Source: the human T2T-CHM13v2.0 reference genome, Homo sapiens. From it: a stretch of DNA of 64,000 nucleotides. The position numbers were made by a program, and so were the translations under genes. The notes beneath the pieces were generated by a model that was not told the origin of the DNA, made no database searches, and saw only the letters and a program-made list of their open reading frames with translations. Below are positions 32,250 through 53,251 of the stretch, one piece after another (position 1 is the stretch's first letter; each line of letters starts with the position of its first letter). The stretch is taken from assembly GCF_009914755.1 (NCBI RefSeq), contig NC_060934.1; one strand, given 5' to 3'.

Positions 32250-32479
32250 AGCCACTGAGAGTTTTTCAGCAGAGGAGGCTCAAAAACTACCTGTACTTGA
32301 AGACACCAGATCTGGCAGCAGAAGCTGTAGGGCCAAATGGGCAGTGGTTCTTGGAAGTATTGTGGGGGCTTCCAGGGTTCTGCAAAAAAGAGGGAGAGGG
32401 GTGGGTTGGAGCAGCTTTGGGGAGACTAAATCTATAGCACTTGGCACCTGATAGGACATGGCGGTGAGTGGAAGGACAA

Positions 32480-34380
<1,901 letters not shown>

Positions 34381-34539
34381 TTGCACCCAGGTGATGCTGC
34401 AGGGCAGTCAGGAGATGTGGCTGGCTCTGGGGAAAGGTGTCAGCTTGGTCTGGGCCTCCCTCAGTGGCCAAATGGCCAGTGTGAAGTCTTGGAGGGTGAA
34501 GGGCTCCTCCATGCCAGAGGCAAGCACCTGGCAGTAGCT

Positions 34540-35050
34540 TTGAAGAAATGTGGGAGCAGACGGTGTCTGTTGTTTTTCTGGCCCACATCTACCCCCTCTT
34601 CTTCTGGCAACAGCACCTCCATTTTTCTTGGGGGACCACTCCTCCCTGTATTTAATCCACAAGGTTGGGTGGAGATGATGTCTCATTGGTTCCATCAGTG
34701 AGCACATGACTCAGCCCTGGCTGTGCAGAGCCTTGATTCTCTGCTTGGCCTCAGGGATGGGGATGGGATTCTTGGTTCCAAAAGGGCTGCTCTTCTGCTG
34801 CTGGGGTTGCCAAGCTGGTGGAGGGAAACTTGGAGCTCTTGGTGGCCGTTGCCACAGCCTATCTGAGAATAAAGGCGGCATAGCACGATGTTGAATCAAA
34901 GGCTGATGGGGTGGGGGAGAGAGAGAGAGTCCTCATTGCATTGTTTCATTTTGGTGTCCAGCCATTCTGGGGGCCAGATGTACCCCCCTGGTTTCCTGTT
35001 TGGGTGAACGTGTGACTTGCCACTTACAGTCAAAGGATCCTGACTCATTC
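34540..35050 (+). mobile_element. Old MLT1 (J/K-like) MaLR LTR
   Basis: gagagagagtcctc...tccagccattctgg...caaaggatcctgactcattca end pattern. Confidence 0.5.
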
Positions 35051-35944
35051 AGGGTTAAAAGTCACATCCTTAGGGGATACCTGCCTTAAAGAACCCAAGA
35101 CAGCAGGCCAGAGACATGGGGCCTGGGTCAGGAGGAGCCAGCCCCCTGAGTCAAGGAAGGCTGGATGTGCACCTTTGTCCCAGGCTTTGCTTGAGCAGAG
35201 GGCCAGGTGTATTTGATATTTGCCACAAAGAATACAATCCTTAACCTGGCTGCCCTTGTGAGACTCCAACTGTAGCAAAGAAAGATTAGGAAACAAACAT
35301 CCCAGTCACCATGGAAATGTGAACCCAAGGTGTTAGGAACAATAGCTGTGTGAGTCCGGAAGTGGATTCTGTCCACACACATGTTGGTTTGATCCCCCAT
35401 CTATTTCCTTGTGGGGGCCTGGGCATATCTGTGAACGTATGATATAGCCAGCTGCTCTAGGGCTGGGTGCCACCTCCCATTAGCCTTGGTTTCATCATCA
35501 CCAAAATAGCTGTAAACCTAATACACTGCTTATGCATGTCAGAGCCTCCTTACAGCCTCCCTCGGAGGTAAATATTATTTTTATCTTAATTCCACAGATG
35601 AGAAAACAGAAGCTCAGGGAGGTTCCTAAACTTTCCCAAGGTCACAGTTGTTGATGGAAGAGCCAGGGTTTGAACCCAGCCCGTTGAGTCTGTGCTTTTT
35701 TAACCACCACGTTCCTCACGTTGGTGTTGACAAAAAATATTACTAAAAGTAGTTCATTCTTACTCTACATGTCTTATTTCAATTCTGCCACAAACCTATG
35801 AGGCAAGTACAACTGGTTAATTCCATCTTATAAACGAGGAAGCTGAGGCACAGAAGACTTAGGAATCTTGCCCAAGTTCCACCGTCAGTAGGAGGCAAAA
35901 GTACATTTGGGGGTTACTTTTTTCAGGTGGATTTGAAATGATAA

Positions 35945-36595
<651 letters not shown>

Positions 36596-37548
36596 ATAAG
36601 TGTAATTTCTAAATCTGGCTTTCATCAGTGGTGATGTTCTTCATGTGTAGATTTATACTAGGGAAACAAATCAGGAGGGGGAACAAGGTGGACAGAGAAT
36701 AATAGCAACTTGATTTGCCTATTATCCCTGGAAAACCATATCCTGGAACTCACTAGCATGTAAGTAATTGGAAAATGTTAAAGCAAAAGAGCCAGGTTTA
36801 GAAACAAAATCACACCATCAAGTCTATGTAAATGAGTTCCTCGGTGAAGAGAAAAGCAAATGCACTGCTGTTTGTGGGCTGGCTGGCTGTGTCCCAAGTG
36901 CTGCAGAGTGGGAGTCTGGGACCAGTTGTTTTTTCATTGAGGGCCCCTTACAAGGCACACTCGGGTTGTTCAGACTCCATGAAGCTCATGAATTGGCTCA
37001 ATAACAAAAAGCATGAATCATTTGAACGTGAAGGTACAGGGACATCTGTTTGAGTAATTTCTGACAGTTTTTTTTTCCTTTTTGAAAATGTGTTATATTT
37101 AGGATTTACTTGAGAAATAAGGTGGACTTGGGGACTGACAGCCCATCAGTTTCATGGGAACAGGGCCTGTGTCTTTTTATTGCTCTTTTTGTGTATGTCT
37201 GTAGACAATAGGTGCTCAATAAGTACTTTGTGTAAATGGTGACTTTAGGAGCACCTGGATTCTGCCCCAGGAGATTCCTGAGGGGCTGGCAGGTAACCAA
37301 AGGCTAATGGAGGTTTACAGCCAAGTTCCAGATGGTTCAGGGGCCCGAACCCCTGGGTGGAGCCTCTCTTGGGCCATATACCCATTCCCATGCCTGGCTG
37401 TCCCCCATCCCTTAGACCGTGGCTGCTGCTGCTGGACTGTGTTCTCTTGTGCAGATATTAACGGTGCCAAATAGTGCCAGGGCCCAGGTTGCAGTGGGCT
37501 CCTTATTGTCCTGTAATCTCAGCACTTTGGGAGGCCGAGGCAGGCTGA

Positions 37549-37909
<361 letters not shown>

Positions 37910-38002
37910 CTACACACTATTTTAAAAATCGGGAAATTTCACGTAACCTTTCTGATTTAAGACTTCTTTTAGATAATTCAAAGTTTTGGCGACATTAGGT
38001 AA

Positions 38003-38758
<756 letters not shown>

Positions 38759-40563
38759 TGTATTTGCCTTACAAACTGCAAGTGATCTAAAAAGAACAAA
38801 TTCTCATTTGAAAAAATAAGCACTATGGCCAGCACAGGACTGACTTAAAACATAATTTCAATAGGCACTGATTTTGTCATTTAATGCTGAGAAGAGGCAA
38901 AAACCCTATATGGATTCTTAGAAATAGGACTATGTTGGAATGGAAGAGATGGCAGGCATTGATTTGGAGTCTCCAGCATACTAAAGGGAAGGGCTTTCTT
39001 CAAGGAAATGAAAAGTGATAAAGAAAGCTACTTGATAGAAGTATTCAGGGGCTTGAAGGCCTTTCAACTTCAGGGAGCCGGAGAGGGGGAGGGAACTGAG
39101 GAGGGCAGGTCGGGTGGGGTGGGGAAGAGAGAGAGACCCTTCCATCTCAGCCTTCCCCACTCCCCATGGGAACACTGGAAAATAGAAAGGACAAAGGAAA
39201 TGGAAGCAAGTGCGCTGGGAAATGCCCAAGTTTCAGCTTGAATGATGCTGTTTACATGTTCTTACAGGAAAGACTATTATGGGCCAGCTGTTAATGGGTT
39301 GTCTGTCTGTCAAGAGAGAGAGGGATGGAGGAAGGGGCTGGAGTTAAGGGATGGAAAGGGCTCTAAGCCTTGCTTCTTGCATTTCCTGTCTTTAAACTTA
39401 CGAACTAAAGGGCTTGAGGGTGAGGGGGTGCTGATCTAGGGAGGAAGGAGGTTGCTTTCTGTGTGCGTGTTTTTCTGTTTCATGTCCTGACTATTTCCTG
39501 GGTCCAGAGAGGGTTTTCTGGTCTGAAGAGGAGAGTGTGCCCCTCACAGTAGATGGGGTGACAGACAGTTCTGCCCTCTGCTGTGCTGGTGACAGCCGGG
39601 AGGGTCAGACTTTATCAGTTTCCTGGGTGGAGGGTGGACGGGAAGCGGGGGGCCTTCTGCTGAAGATCTCAATTAAACTTTGGACTGGCTCATCCAGGGA
39701 GGTGGCGCGATTTCCTCTGGAGGTTTAAAATAAATAGCAGGTACTTGATTTCATCTGGAATGGAGGGTGTGGCCCTGCCTGGCACTGGGATGGACCCAAT
39801 GGTCTCCCCAGCCTTCTTTGTTCTGATACTACACACCCCACCCCTCAACCGCCTGAGAAATTTCTGGAACTGCGTTTAGTCTCAGTACATTAGGATTATT
39901 GCTAGAAATAAAGCATCCCTGGATCCTTTGGCTTCTTGGACAATATGCAGGAAAACACCCGCCTTCTCTTAGACATGTAGGGTTCGCGCCGTTGACCTGA
40001 GCTTCAGTGCCAGAGAGTCGAGCAAAGAGAATATCACTTTTACTTAAAAGTGAACTGCACGGGGGTTGACTCTTTCAAGGCCTGAGATTGATGCACTCTA
40101 ATTTGCCATCTGGAATTGGTTAGCCACATTCTTCTGGGCTCTGATGAGAAATGATGACCCCGGAGAAGGGTGGTCATATGGCCAGTGTCAGGATTAATAG
40201 AATCCCCTTTCATTCTTGAAAGGGTCCCTGTTTGGGCAATAAAGTTGATGGTTACTCTACCATGAAAGAGCAGAAAAAGCTGAGCAGAAAACTTTGTTTT
40301 GGAAAAGGGGGTGTTGAAGCCAAGGCATTAGAGAAACGTGATTTTTCATTTAATTATATATATAGTTTTCTTTTTTGTAATCTAAATGACATGTGCAACC
40401 TTCAGAGCCTGACTCCTTGCTGGAAAGAGAGAAAGGAGGTTTTGTTACTGAGAAGCTTATTTTAAAAGTCAAGTCGGGTATAATAAAATAAATGAAATAA
40501 ATAAAAGAGCTCCCCAGTTAAGGGCCTTTCCCATGCTGGGGCTTCGGGATAACAAGAGCTTGA

Positions 40564-42125
<1,562 letters not shown>

Positions 42126-43099
42126 TTTTTTTTAAGTGACGTGGTCTCACCACGTATCCCAGTCTAGACTTGAACTCCTGAGCTCAAGCAATCTTCCTGC
42201 CTCAGCCTCCCTAGCTTCCAAGTAGCTAGGATTACAGGCTCAAGCCACTGTGCCCAGCCAGGAGCAGTTTTGAAAGGCAAAAGGACCATGACTGAATGCT
42301 GCATATCTAGAACATCCAGGAATGCAGATGCCCAGGCCAAAGGGCTCTGGGGTCGGAGCAGGCAGGATTGTGCCGGGGGCTCTCAACCCTTTGCTGGGGG
42401 CCACTTGTTCTCTCCTTAACCGTGGACTATTGCAAAGGGTGGAGATCGGAGACTGGAAAAAAATCCGTGTTCTAGTCCCTTGTTGCGTGCTTCCTGGTGG
42501 ACTGACCTGTAGCAGATAGCCCTCCTCCTCCGGCCTCAGCTTCCTCGTCTGTGACGTGGGCAGGGTGCCGTCATCTATCCCCGGGGCTTCTGTGAGAATC
42601 AAATGGAGAAGAGCAAAGGCCACGTGAGGGGTTGGCTCTGTGGTCCCTGTGCTCATAGACTGCGGTTTCCTACGGGCAAAAGGGGAAAGTGACCCTAGAA
42701 CACCTTTGTGTCAGGGATGCATGCCAGATGGCCTTTAGTGCACTCTCTTCCCAGCCCTGTCAGCAACTGACAGGTTCAATAAGACTTTGCCAAAATGTTC
42801 AACTAGCTTTTCCTGATGCGGGTCTTTCTTCAAATTCTGTCCCACACCGTTAACTGCAAACTTCTTTCAGAACACCTTTCACGAAAATGAAGCTGGCATA
42901 GCTGTGGAAAGAGTTGATGGTAGTGTTATATATAATTGTGAAAATTGGCATAGTGGTGGGCACATAGGGGATGTTCATTCATTCACCCAGTGAGCCTTTC
43001 ACTGTGCCCAGGCCCTGAGACAGTCGGGGTGGCTGGGAACGTGGTCTTTGCCTTGATTGTGGAATTGCCTGCTTGAGGGAATGGCCTGCAAATCACACA

Positions 43100-43573
43100 G
43101 GTGGAGAGGAGGAAGAGCCGTTTTCCTCCGCCCTCTTAGGTTCATTGGTTGGGGGTTACAAATGAAGTTGACAAAAGATTAACAAGAGAAAAAATGGATT
43201 TAATTGGATTCTTAGGCACTGGAGTTCATAGGGAAATGTGGCTCAAGGAGGCAGCTAGGATTTGGGGCTTATATACCATCTTAGGCTAAAAAAGAAAAGG
43301 AGTTTTGGGCTTCTGGAGGGTAGGGAAGCCATGGGAAGGTAAGGGGAGGAAATGTATGGTAAATAAGGGTTGTTTAGTAGGTAAGAGTTGTCTCAGGTGC
43401 TAAGAGTTGTCTGCTTTTCTTCCTGCTGTGGGGGAGGAGGGAGACATCTTTACAAGTAGAAATTTATGCCCTGCTTTTAGGCAGAAGAAGGGCAGAGAGC
43501 TAATTGCCTTCAGCTGAAAACAATTCTTATGCCAAAGTGGTATATTTTCGGGTGGCATATTTTGGTCCCCTTT
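43100..43573 (-). mobile_element. ERV1-class solo LTR (MER34/MER39-like)
   Basis: aattgccttcagctgaaaacaattcttatgccaaagtggtatattttcgggtggcatatttt terminal signature. Confidence 0.7.
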
Positions 43574-43931
43574 ATTAATAACTTACACCCTATTAAAGAA
43601 GAATAACGACTGAGTGACCAGAGATTGAATGCTGAGTGGAAAAGTTTTACTGCCAGGTGGGGAGCCCGATCTAGCTTAGTCTCAGCTCTGAGGGATGGAA
43701 TCGGAGCGGGGGCAGGAATGATGTAGGTTTTTCATAGCTGAAAGCCCACAAGCTGTGCTGCATTGACGTCAGGAAGGCAGTCTTGCCGAGCACTGGTGCC
43801 TGCCTGGCCACACCTGAGCTTGTCAGTGAGCTGGGTACCTGACTGGCTGACAGTGCTCTCCTGCATCCAAGAGCTGCCCTGGCATCATGGTGCCCAGTGT
43901 GTCTGCTGCACACGAGATACACCAAAGCAGG

Positions 43932-44752
<821 letters not shown>

Positions 44753-45394
44753 TCATAAATGCAAGAAGTAGAACATTACAAAATCCCAACTATAGTGCTT
44801 AGAAACCCTTTGACAGCAACTGATAGCAACTCAAATATAATTAGTGTATACAAAAAAGAGAATTTATGGATTCATATGTCTGGGAGTATTCCTGGATTTC
44901 TGGATCCAAGGATTCAAACAATGTTCCCAGTTTTTCTTTCTTTCTTTTTTTTTTTTTCTTTCTGTCCCTATCTCTCAGCTTGCTTGTCTTTCCTCTGCTT
45001 AATTCTTGGCTGGGTCAGGGGGTCAAAGAACAGCTTGCTTAACAACCCCAAGGCAAATAGAGCTTCTTTTCTGAAAACCAGCAGGAAAGTCACGGAAAGG
45101 ACTCTCTTGGGAAGGATGGTGGGGGTCGTGTGGAATGACTTACTGAAGAAGGGGATGAAGGAGTGCCACACAGTGAAAACCACAACTGTGTGAGCACGAG
45201 GCACCCCTGATAGGACCTAGTGGTTCATCAGTCACTTCTCTGCCTGAGTGGTAGGAGCCTAGATTTTATAGTTGTTTTCAATGACAAAAATCATAGTTTA
45301 TAAAAGAGCATAATCTGACCCAGAGGTGTCCTTTCTGTCACGTTATGATTGGGGACAAAGTAGACATGCTCTTCAGCTTGATCATATAGTAGCT

Positions 45395-45617
45395 ACCAGG
45401 GTTTAGTACACTGTCTCTATAAAGGGCAGATGATAAGTAGTTAAGGCTTATGAGCCATATGGCTTCTGTTGCAGGCACTCAGCTCTGCCATTGTAGTTTG
45501 AAAGCAGCCACAGGCTATACCTAAAGAAATGGGCATGACAGTGTGCCAATAAAACTTTATTTACAAGAACAGGTGTTGGGGCAGATTTGGCCCACAGGCC
45601 TTATCTTGCCATCCCCT
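45395..45617. mobile_element. MER58A hAT MITE
   Basis: actcagctctgccattgtagtttgaaagcagcc...ccaataaaactttatttacaag. Confidence 0.8.
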
Positions 45618-45689
45618 TGATATAAACATGACTGAAAAATTTATATTCTAATAGACCATAAGACACTGCTCTAAAGTAAATTGTATATT

Positions 45690-47486
<1,797 letters not shown>

Positions 47487-47488
47487 TA

Positions 47489-47823
47489 CAGTTATCCCTT
47501 AGTATCCTTTGGGCATTGGTTCCAGGTCCCCCCTTATATACTAAATCCATGGATGCTCAAGTCCCTGATATAAAGTGACATAGTATTCACATATAACTTA
47601 TGCACATCATCATCCAAACTCTAATCTCTGGATTACTTATAATACCTCATACAATGTAAATGCTGTGTAATAGTTGTTATACTGTGTTGTTCAGGGAATA
47701 ATGACAAGAAAAAAGTCTATATGTGTTCAGTACAGACGGCTTTTTTTTTCCCCCTCAAGAGTTTTCAGCTGGAGGGTGGTTGAATCCATGGATGTGGAAC
47801 CTGTGGATAGGGAGGGCTGACTG
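47489..47823. mobile_element. MER2 (Tigger-family MITE)
   Basis: TA-cagttatccct ... agggctgactg-TA termini and MER2 body. Confidence 0.85.
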
Positions 47824-49394
47824 TATGTGTATACCAAATCATGTAAATTTTATAATAGTTTATTTTTTGTTCCTGATGTAATGGGAAGCATTTGGAAAAC
47901 ATAAAATTGATCCCATCACAAAAGAGGAATTAAGATTGCCTTGGGTTAAGGGTTAAGTAATGTCCTATCACCAGTTAATCTGCCAAGGATGTTGGTCATG
48001 GCCACATTCAAGAAGTGGCGTCTGGAGGCCACAATGAGATGGCCCAGTTCAGACATCGGCTAGAATTGTGTGGCAGAGCGTACAATTATGTCACGAATTT
48101 GGGATTAGCATGGCATACCTAGTTGAGGTTTAAAGCTCCCTCCTGCACCTTCCAAAGCAGGTGTTGCTTGGGGTTGAAAACCTTCACTGTTTGGTCAACA
48201 GAAGGCCCTCACAGCTCTGATGGGAATGTCACCTGAGAAGGGCTGGTCTCCTCGTGGATTTGCATTTCCGCACCTTCAGACACTGCCTCAGCCAGCTGCT
48301 GTTTTAACTGGCACAGAGGGCCTCGCTGAGAGCCTCTTGGGTTCTATCCAGATCTGAGAAGGAATCTGGGATGCCGGGGTCAGATCCGTGCCCTGGCCCG
48401 AGGATGGGATTTTGTACCCCGTTGCTTTCTGCAGTTGTGATGAGGTGGTGCTTGGCAATGGCCTGGAGCTCGGCATCTGAGTGACTGTCCGTCCTAGGGC
48501 GTCCAACTCCAGACCTCTCTTACCCAGGCCAGCGGAGGGCGGAAACTCTGAGAACATTCCATTAGAATAAGATACGTTTAATAAGAGCAATGGAAAATGG
48601 TAAACCTGACTTGGGGAAAGGGAATGTGCTCTTTCATGTAAAACAAACAAACAAAAAATGTGACTGTGAGAAGCATCCAGAAAAATACGATGACCTGGAG
48701 GCTGGATTTAAAATTGGCACTGAGGGAAATCTCATTTCCACAGTCGATGACTCCCCCTTCAGCTATGTTCATGCCAGTGGAGCAAACCAAAATAACTTTA
48801 TAAATTAAAGTTTATGTAGTCAGGAAAGCTATGCCTGGACTATCACACACCAGATGAAACCCTTGAAGGCTTTGTTTACAACCGACATCCTGGGGTTGGA
48901 GGTTAATAGTGTCTGGAGAAGGTTAGGTCATGCACATGTTTAATAGCAATTAAAACAAAATCACTGGTGATGGTCAAAGAGACACAGCTATGTTTATTTA
49001 CTATAGTTTATGCCACCTTTGTTTGTTTGTTTGTTTTGCCCTCTGGAAAAAATGTCTTTGTCCTGCCATAATTAATTGTAACCAGCTTTTGTTTAGAGGG
49101 GGCCACATGGAAACTGCTCAGAGAGCTCAAAGTGTGTTGGCAAGTGGTGACTTGTAACTAGTACCTCAATCATTTTCTTTTATGATACACATAATAGAAG
49201 GATGCATTTGGGATGTAAAAGTTTCAAATTATAGGGGCACATATATATACAGACAATCATGAAAGTCCCCCCCACCCTGCCTGGCTGCTGACATTTGGTG
49301 ATAATCTTTCCAGACATCTTTCTAAATGCTGACTGTTTATATGTGAGTGAACAAGTGTTTATATCCATATGCACACAAATACGTAATTAGCTTT

Positions 49395-49685
49395 ATTTTT
49401 ATTTTAATTTCTTTTGAGACAGGGTCTCAGGCTGGAGTGCACTGGTGTGATCATAGCTCACTGCAGCCTCAACCTCCTGGACTCTAGCAATCCTCCCACC
49501 TTGGCCTCTGAAGGAGCTGGGACTATAGGCATGTACCACCACACCCAGCCAATTTTTAAATTTTTGTGTGGAGAAAGGGTCTTGCCATGTTGCCCAGGCT
49601 GGTCTCAAACTCCTGGGCTCAAGCAATCCTCCTGCCTCTGCCTCCCAAAGTGCTAGGATTATAGAAGTGAGCCACTATCGCTGGC
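49395..49685 (-). mobile_element. AluJ
   Basis: Reverse dimer with J diagnostics. Confidence 0.88.
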
Positions 49686-49984
49686 TGTTGTCGTTATTTT
49701 TGATCCATAAAAAGAGGGTCATGATGTGTGTGTTGATGTACAGCTTGCTTTTTTCACTTACACATCCAGAGTTCCTTCACACTGGCCCATGTGCAGATGA
49801 CATTTTTTTAATCCTGCAGGGCGTTCCATAATATGAATTCTGTTCCTAATTTATTGAGCCATTTCCTCACCCTTTCTTTTTGATACTAAATGAAGCAATG
49901 ATAGCATGAGATTATGAATGTGCCTTGTGGAGCTTAGACTGCCTGGCTTTGAAACAGGACTTAGACTAGATGAGTGACCTAGGG

Positions 49985-50298
49985 CAGGGGGTGGCAAGCT
50001 ATAGCCTCCATGGCAAATCCACCCCGCTGTGTTTCTGTAGGGCCTGTGAGGCAAGACTGATTTTTTCATTTTTAAATGGTTAAAAAAAAAAGGTAAGTAT
50101 TTCCTAATATATGAAAACGGTGTGAAATTCAAAATTCAGTGTCCATTAACTTGTTTTGTTGAACAGCATGCTCATTTGTGGATCTATTATCTAGGGCTTT
50201 TTTCATGCCACAGAATTGAGTAGTTGTGACAGAGACCATATGGCCCACCTAGAATATTTACCATCTGGCCTTTTACAGAAAACATTTGCCGACCTCTG
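49985..50298. mobile_element. MER58B hAT MITE inserted in a MIR
   Basis: TIRs cagggggtggcaa / ttgccgacctctg; perfect 8-bp TSD ACCTAGGG (49977-49984, 50299-50306). Confidence 0.88.
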
Positions 50299-50347
50299 AC
50301 CTAGGGCAAGTTACTAATCTCTCCATGTCTCAACTTTCTTTTCTTTA

Positions 50348-50678
<331 letters not shown>

Positions 50679-50839
50679 CTAATAATACCTACCTTGTAGG
50701 GTGAAGTGACTTAATATATATATCAAATAAATATCATATGTAGAATACCTACTTTGTAGGCTTATCTAAGTTACTTAGTACATATATCAAATAAATATTA
50801 TGTGACACACCAGGTATATCATGTATCAAATATGTATGA

Positions 50840-51174
<335 letters not shown>

Positions 51175-51764
51175 GACTTTGAACTTTTTAAATGCTCAAA
51201 AAAGTTTACTATTACTGTGTCATTGTTATTGTAAGTGCATAACTCTTTGTGCACGTGTGCAAGGATGTCACAGATACCTGGCAGTGGGCTTAAAGATGAA
51301 GGGTCTTAACAAATTGCCTTCCAGAATGGCCCCACTAAGTCATGCTCCCAACAGTGGAGTCTCTGCTTTCCCGCATTCTTGGCAACTCTGGATAGGGACT
51401 AGGGCTTAGAAAAGAACACTGAATCCTCAAAGAGCCTCTGACCTCCACAGAGGCTCTTCAGAGTCTAGGAGTGCTGTGCCCAGACCTGTGGGGTGAATCT
51501 CCCTGGAAAGCCTTCAGTCAGAACATGCTCATTGTTTGTTGAGTGAGAGTCTCTTCTGTGTTAAGCCTTTGACCTGTAAATTTTCATTTTACAGATGAAG
51601 AAACTGAGGGGCTCAGAGAAATTAAATCACCTGCTCCAGGTCCTGAAGCTACTTGTGGATGTAGGGTTTGAACTCAGTTGTGGGGGCCTTCATACAACTT
51701 TCTTTGCCATTCTCCCTAATTCCAGGAAGGATAAGGCAACGTCAGAGATAGTCATTTTCTTTAA

Positions 51765-52022
51765 CTTTTTCTTTTTCTTTTATTTGAGGCAGGGTCTCGC
51801 TCTGTCACCCAGGCTGGAGTGCAGTGGCGTCATCACAACCTATTACAACCTTGATCTCCCAGGCTCCAGGCATCCTACAGCCTCATTTAAATTTTTTTTT
51901 TTTTTTTTGTACAGTCAAGGTCTCACTTTGTTGCCCAGGTCTTGAACTCCTGGACTCAAATGATCCTACTGCCTCGGCCTCCCAAAGTGCTGGGATTACA
52001 GGCATGAGCCACTGTGCCTGGC
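51765..52022 (-). mobile_element. AluJ with internal deletion
   Basis: Reverse Alu. Confidence 0.82.
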
Positions 52023-53059
52023 CCTACACCACATATTCCATCCACACTTTTTCCTTAAGTCAGCACCTTGATGACTGGATCAGAGCTACACACAAAATTG
52101 GAAGTGAACGTTGGAGAAAGTGGCTTAGTCATGACCTGTGTTTATCTCCTCTTGCTCTGAGTAAAGAGGATGTGTAATAGAGTATGTTACTATATTTTTC
52201 ATATCCCGATGCCATAGCCTGTGCTGCCCAGTCACACTGAGAACAATGCAGTTCTCATAGATAACCCGTTGTTGGGTGATATGTCTATTTCTAGGCATCT
52301 CCACGCTCTCCTATCGAGGGCCTTTGCAACAGTATTTCCCATGTTCCATCAGCGCGTCTGCAAAACATGAAGCAGCTTCATTCACCCAGAGACTCCTGAC
52401 CTTGTGCATGAGGGGAAAATGTTTCTGGTTTTGTGTGTGTTTTCAATGACGAACATTTGCATTCTTTCCTCCCCTCACTTTTTTTTTTTCTCACGTTGAC
52501 ATTAAGAAACAACAACAAAACGCTGCTTGCTCCCAAACTGTTTGAATTTAAAACTCTGAATCTTAATTTGCATAGACAGTAGTTCTTTACAAGGAATGTG
52601 AACCATTTGACAGAATTTCCTGAAGGAACAAAGAGCCATGATTTCCTGATTAAAACCATGTTAAAACAAAAAGCAGACTATAACCAAAAGGCTCTGTAAG
52701 AGTATTTCTTGTTCAATCAGATTTCAAAGGCAGCACAAGCTGGATGTTTATGGCATCACCAATGCCTTTCTGTGATGCCTGAGCTTTTCAAGAACATACT
52801 CAGAACTTTGTCTTAAGCCTGTCTTTACTCGGAGCTGTCTCCCGAAGCCTTGGCCTTCCTCTCCGCAGCTTCAGTTACTGAGTCACTGGAACAGAGGAAG
52901 AAGCCCAGGCTTCCATTCTGACAGGCTGCGAACATTTATCTGGAGTTGTAATTGTCATACTCCCACGTTATTTTCTTGCTGTCTTCTAAAGCGATGATGA
53001 AAGATGTCTGGGGGAAAGAAAATAAAACAAAAAACCTTCTAGCATCTACACACCTAAAG

Positions 53060-53251
53060 CAGGGTTTGTCAACCTTGACACCGTTGCCATCTGGGGCTGG
53101 ATAATTCTTTGTCATGGGGGCCGGCCTGTGCGTTGGATGATGTTTAACAGCATCTGTGGCCTTTAGCTTCATAGTTATGACAACCAAAAATGTCTCCAGA
53201 CTTTGTCAAATGTCCTCTTGGGGGTAAAATTGCTCCTGGTTGAGAACCACT
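53060..53251. mobile_element. MER20 hAT MITE
   Basis: ggctggataattctttgtc...gacaaccaaaaatgtctccagac...ggttgagaaccact. Confidence 0.88.
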
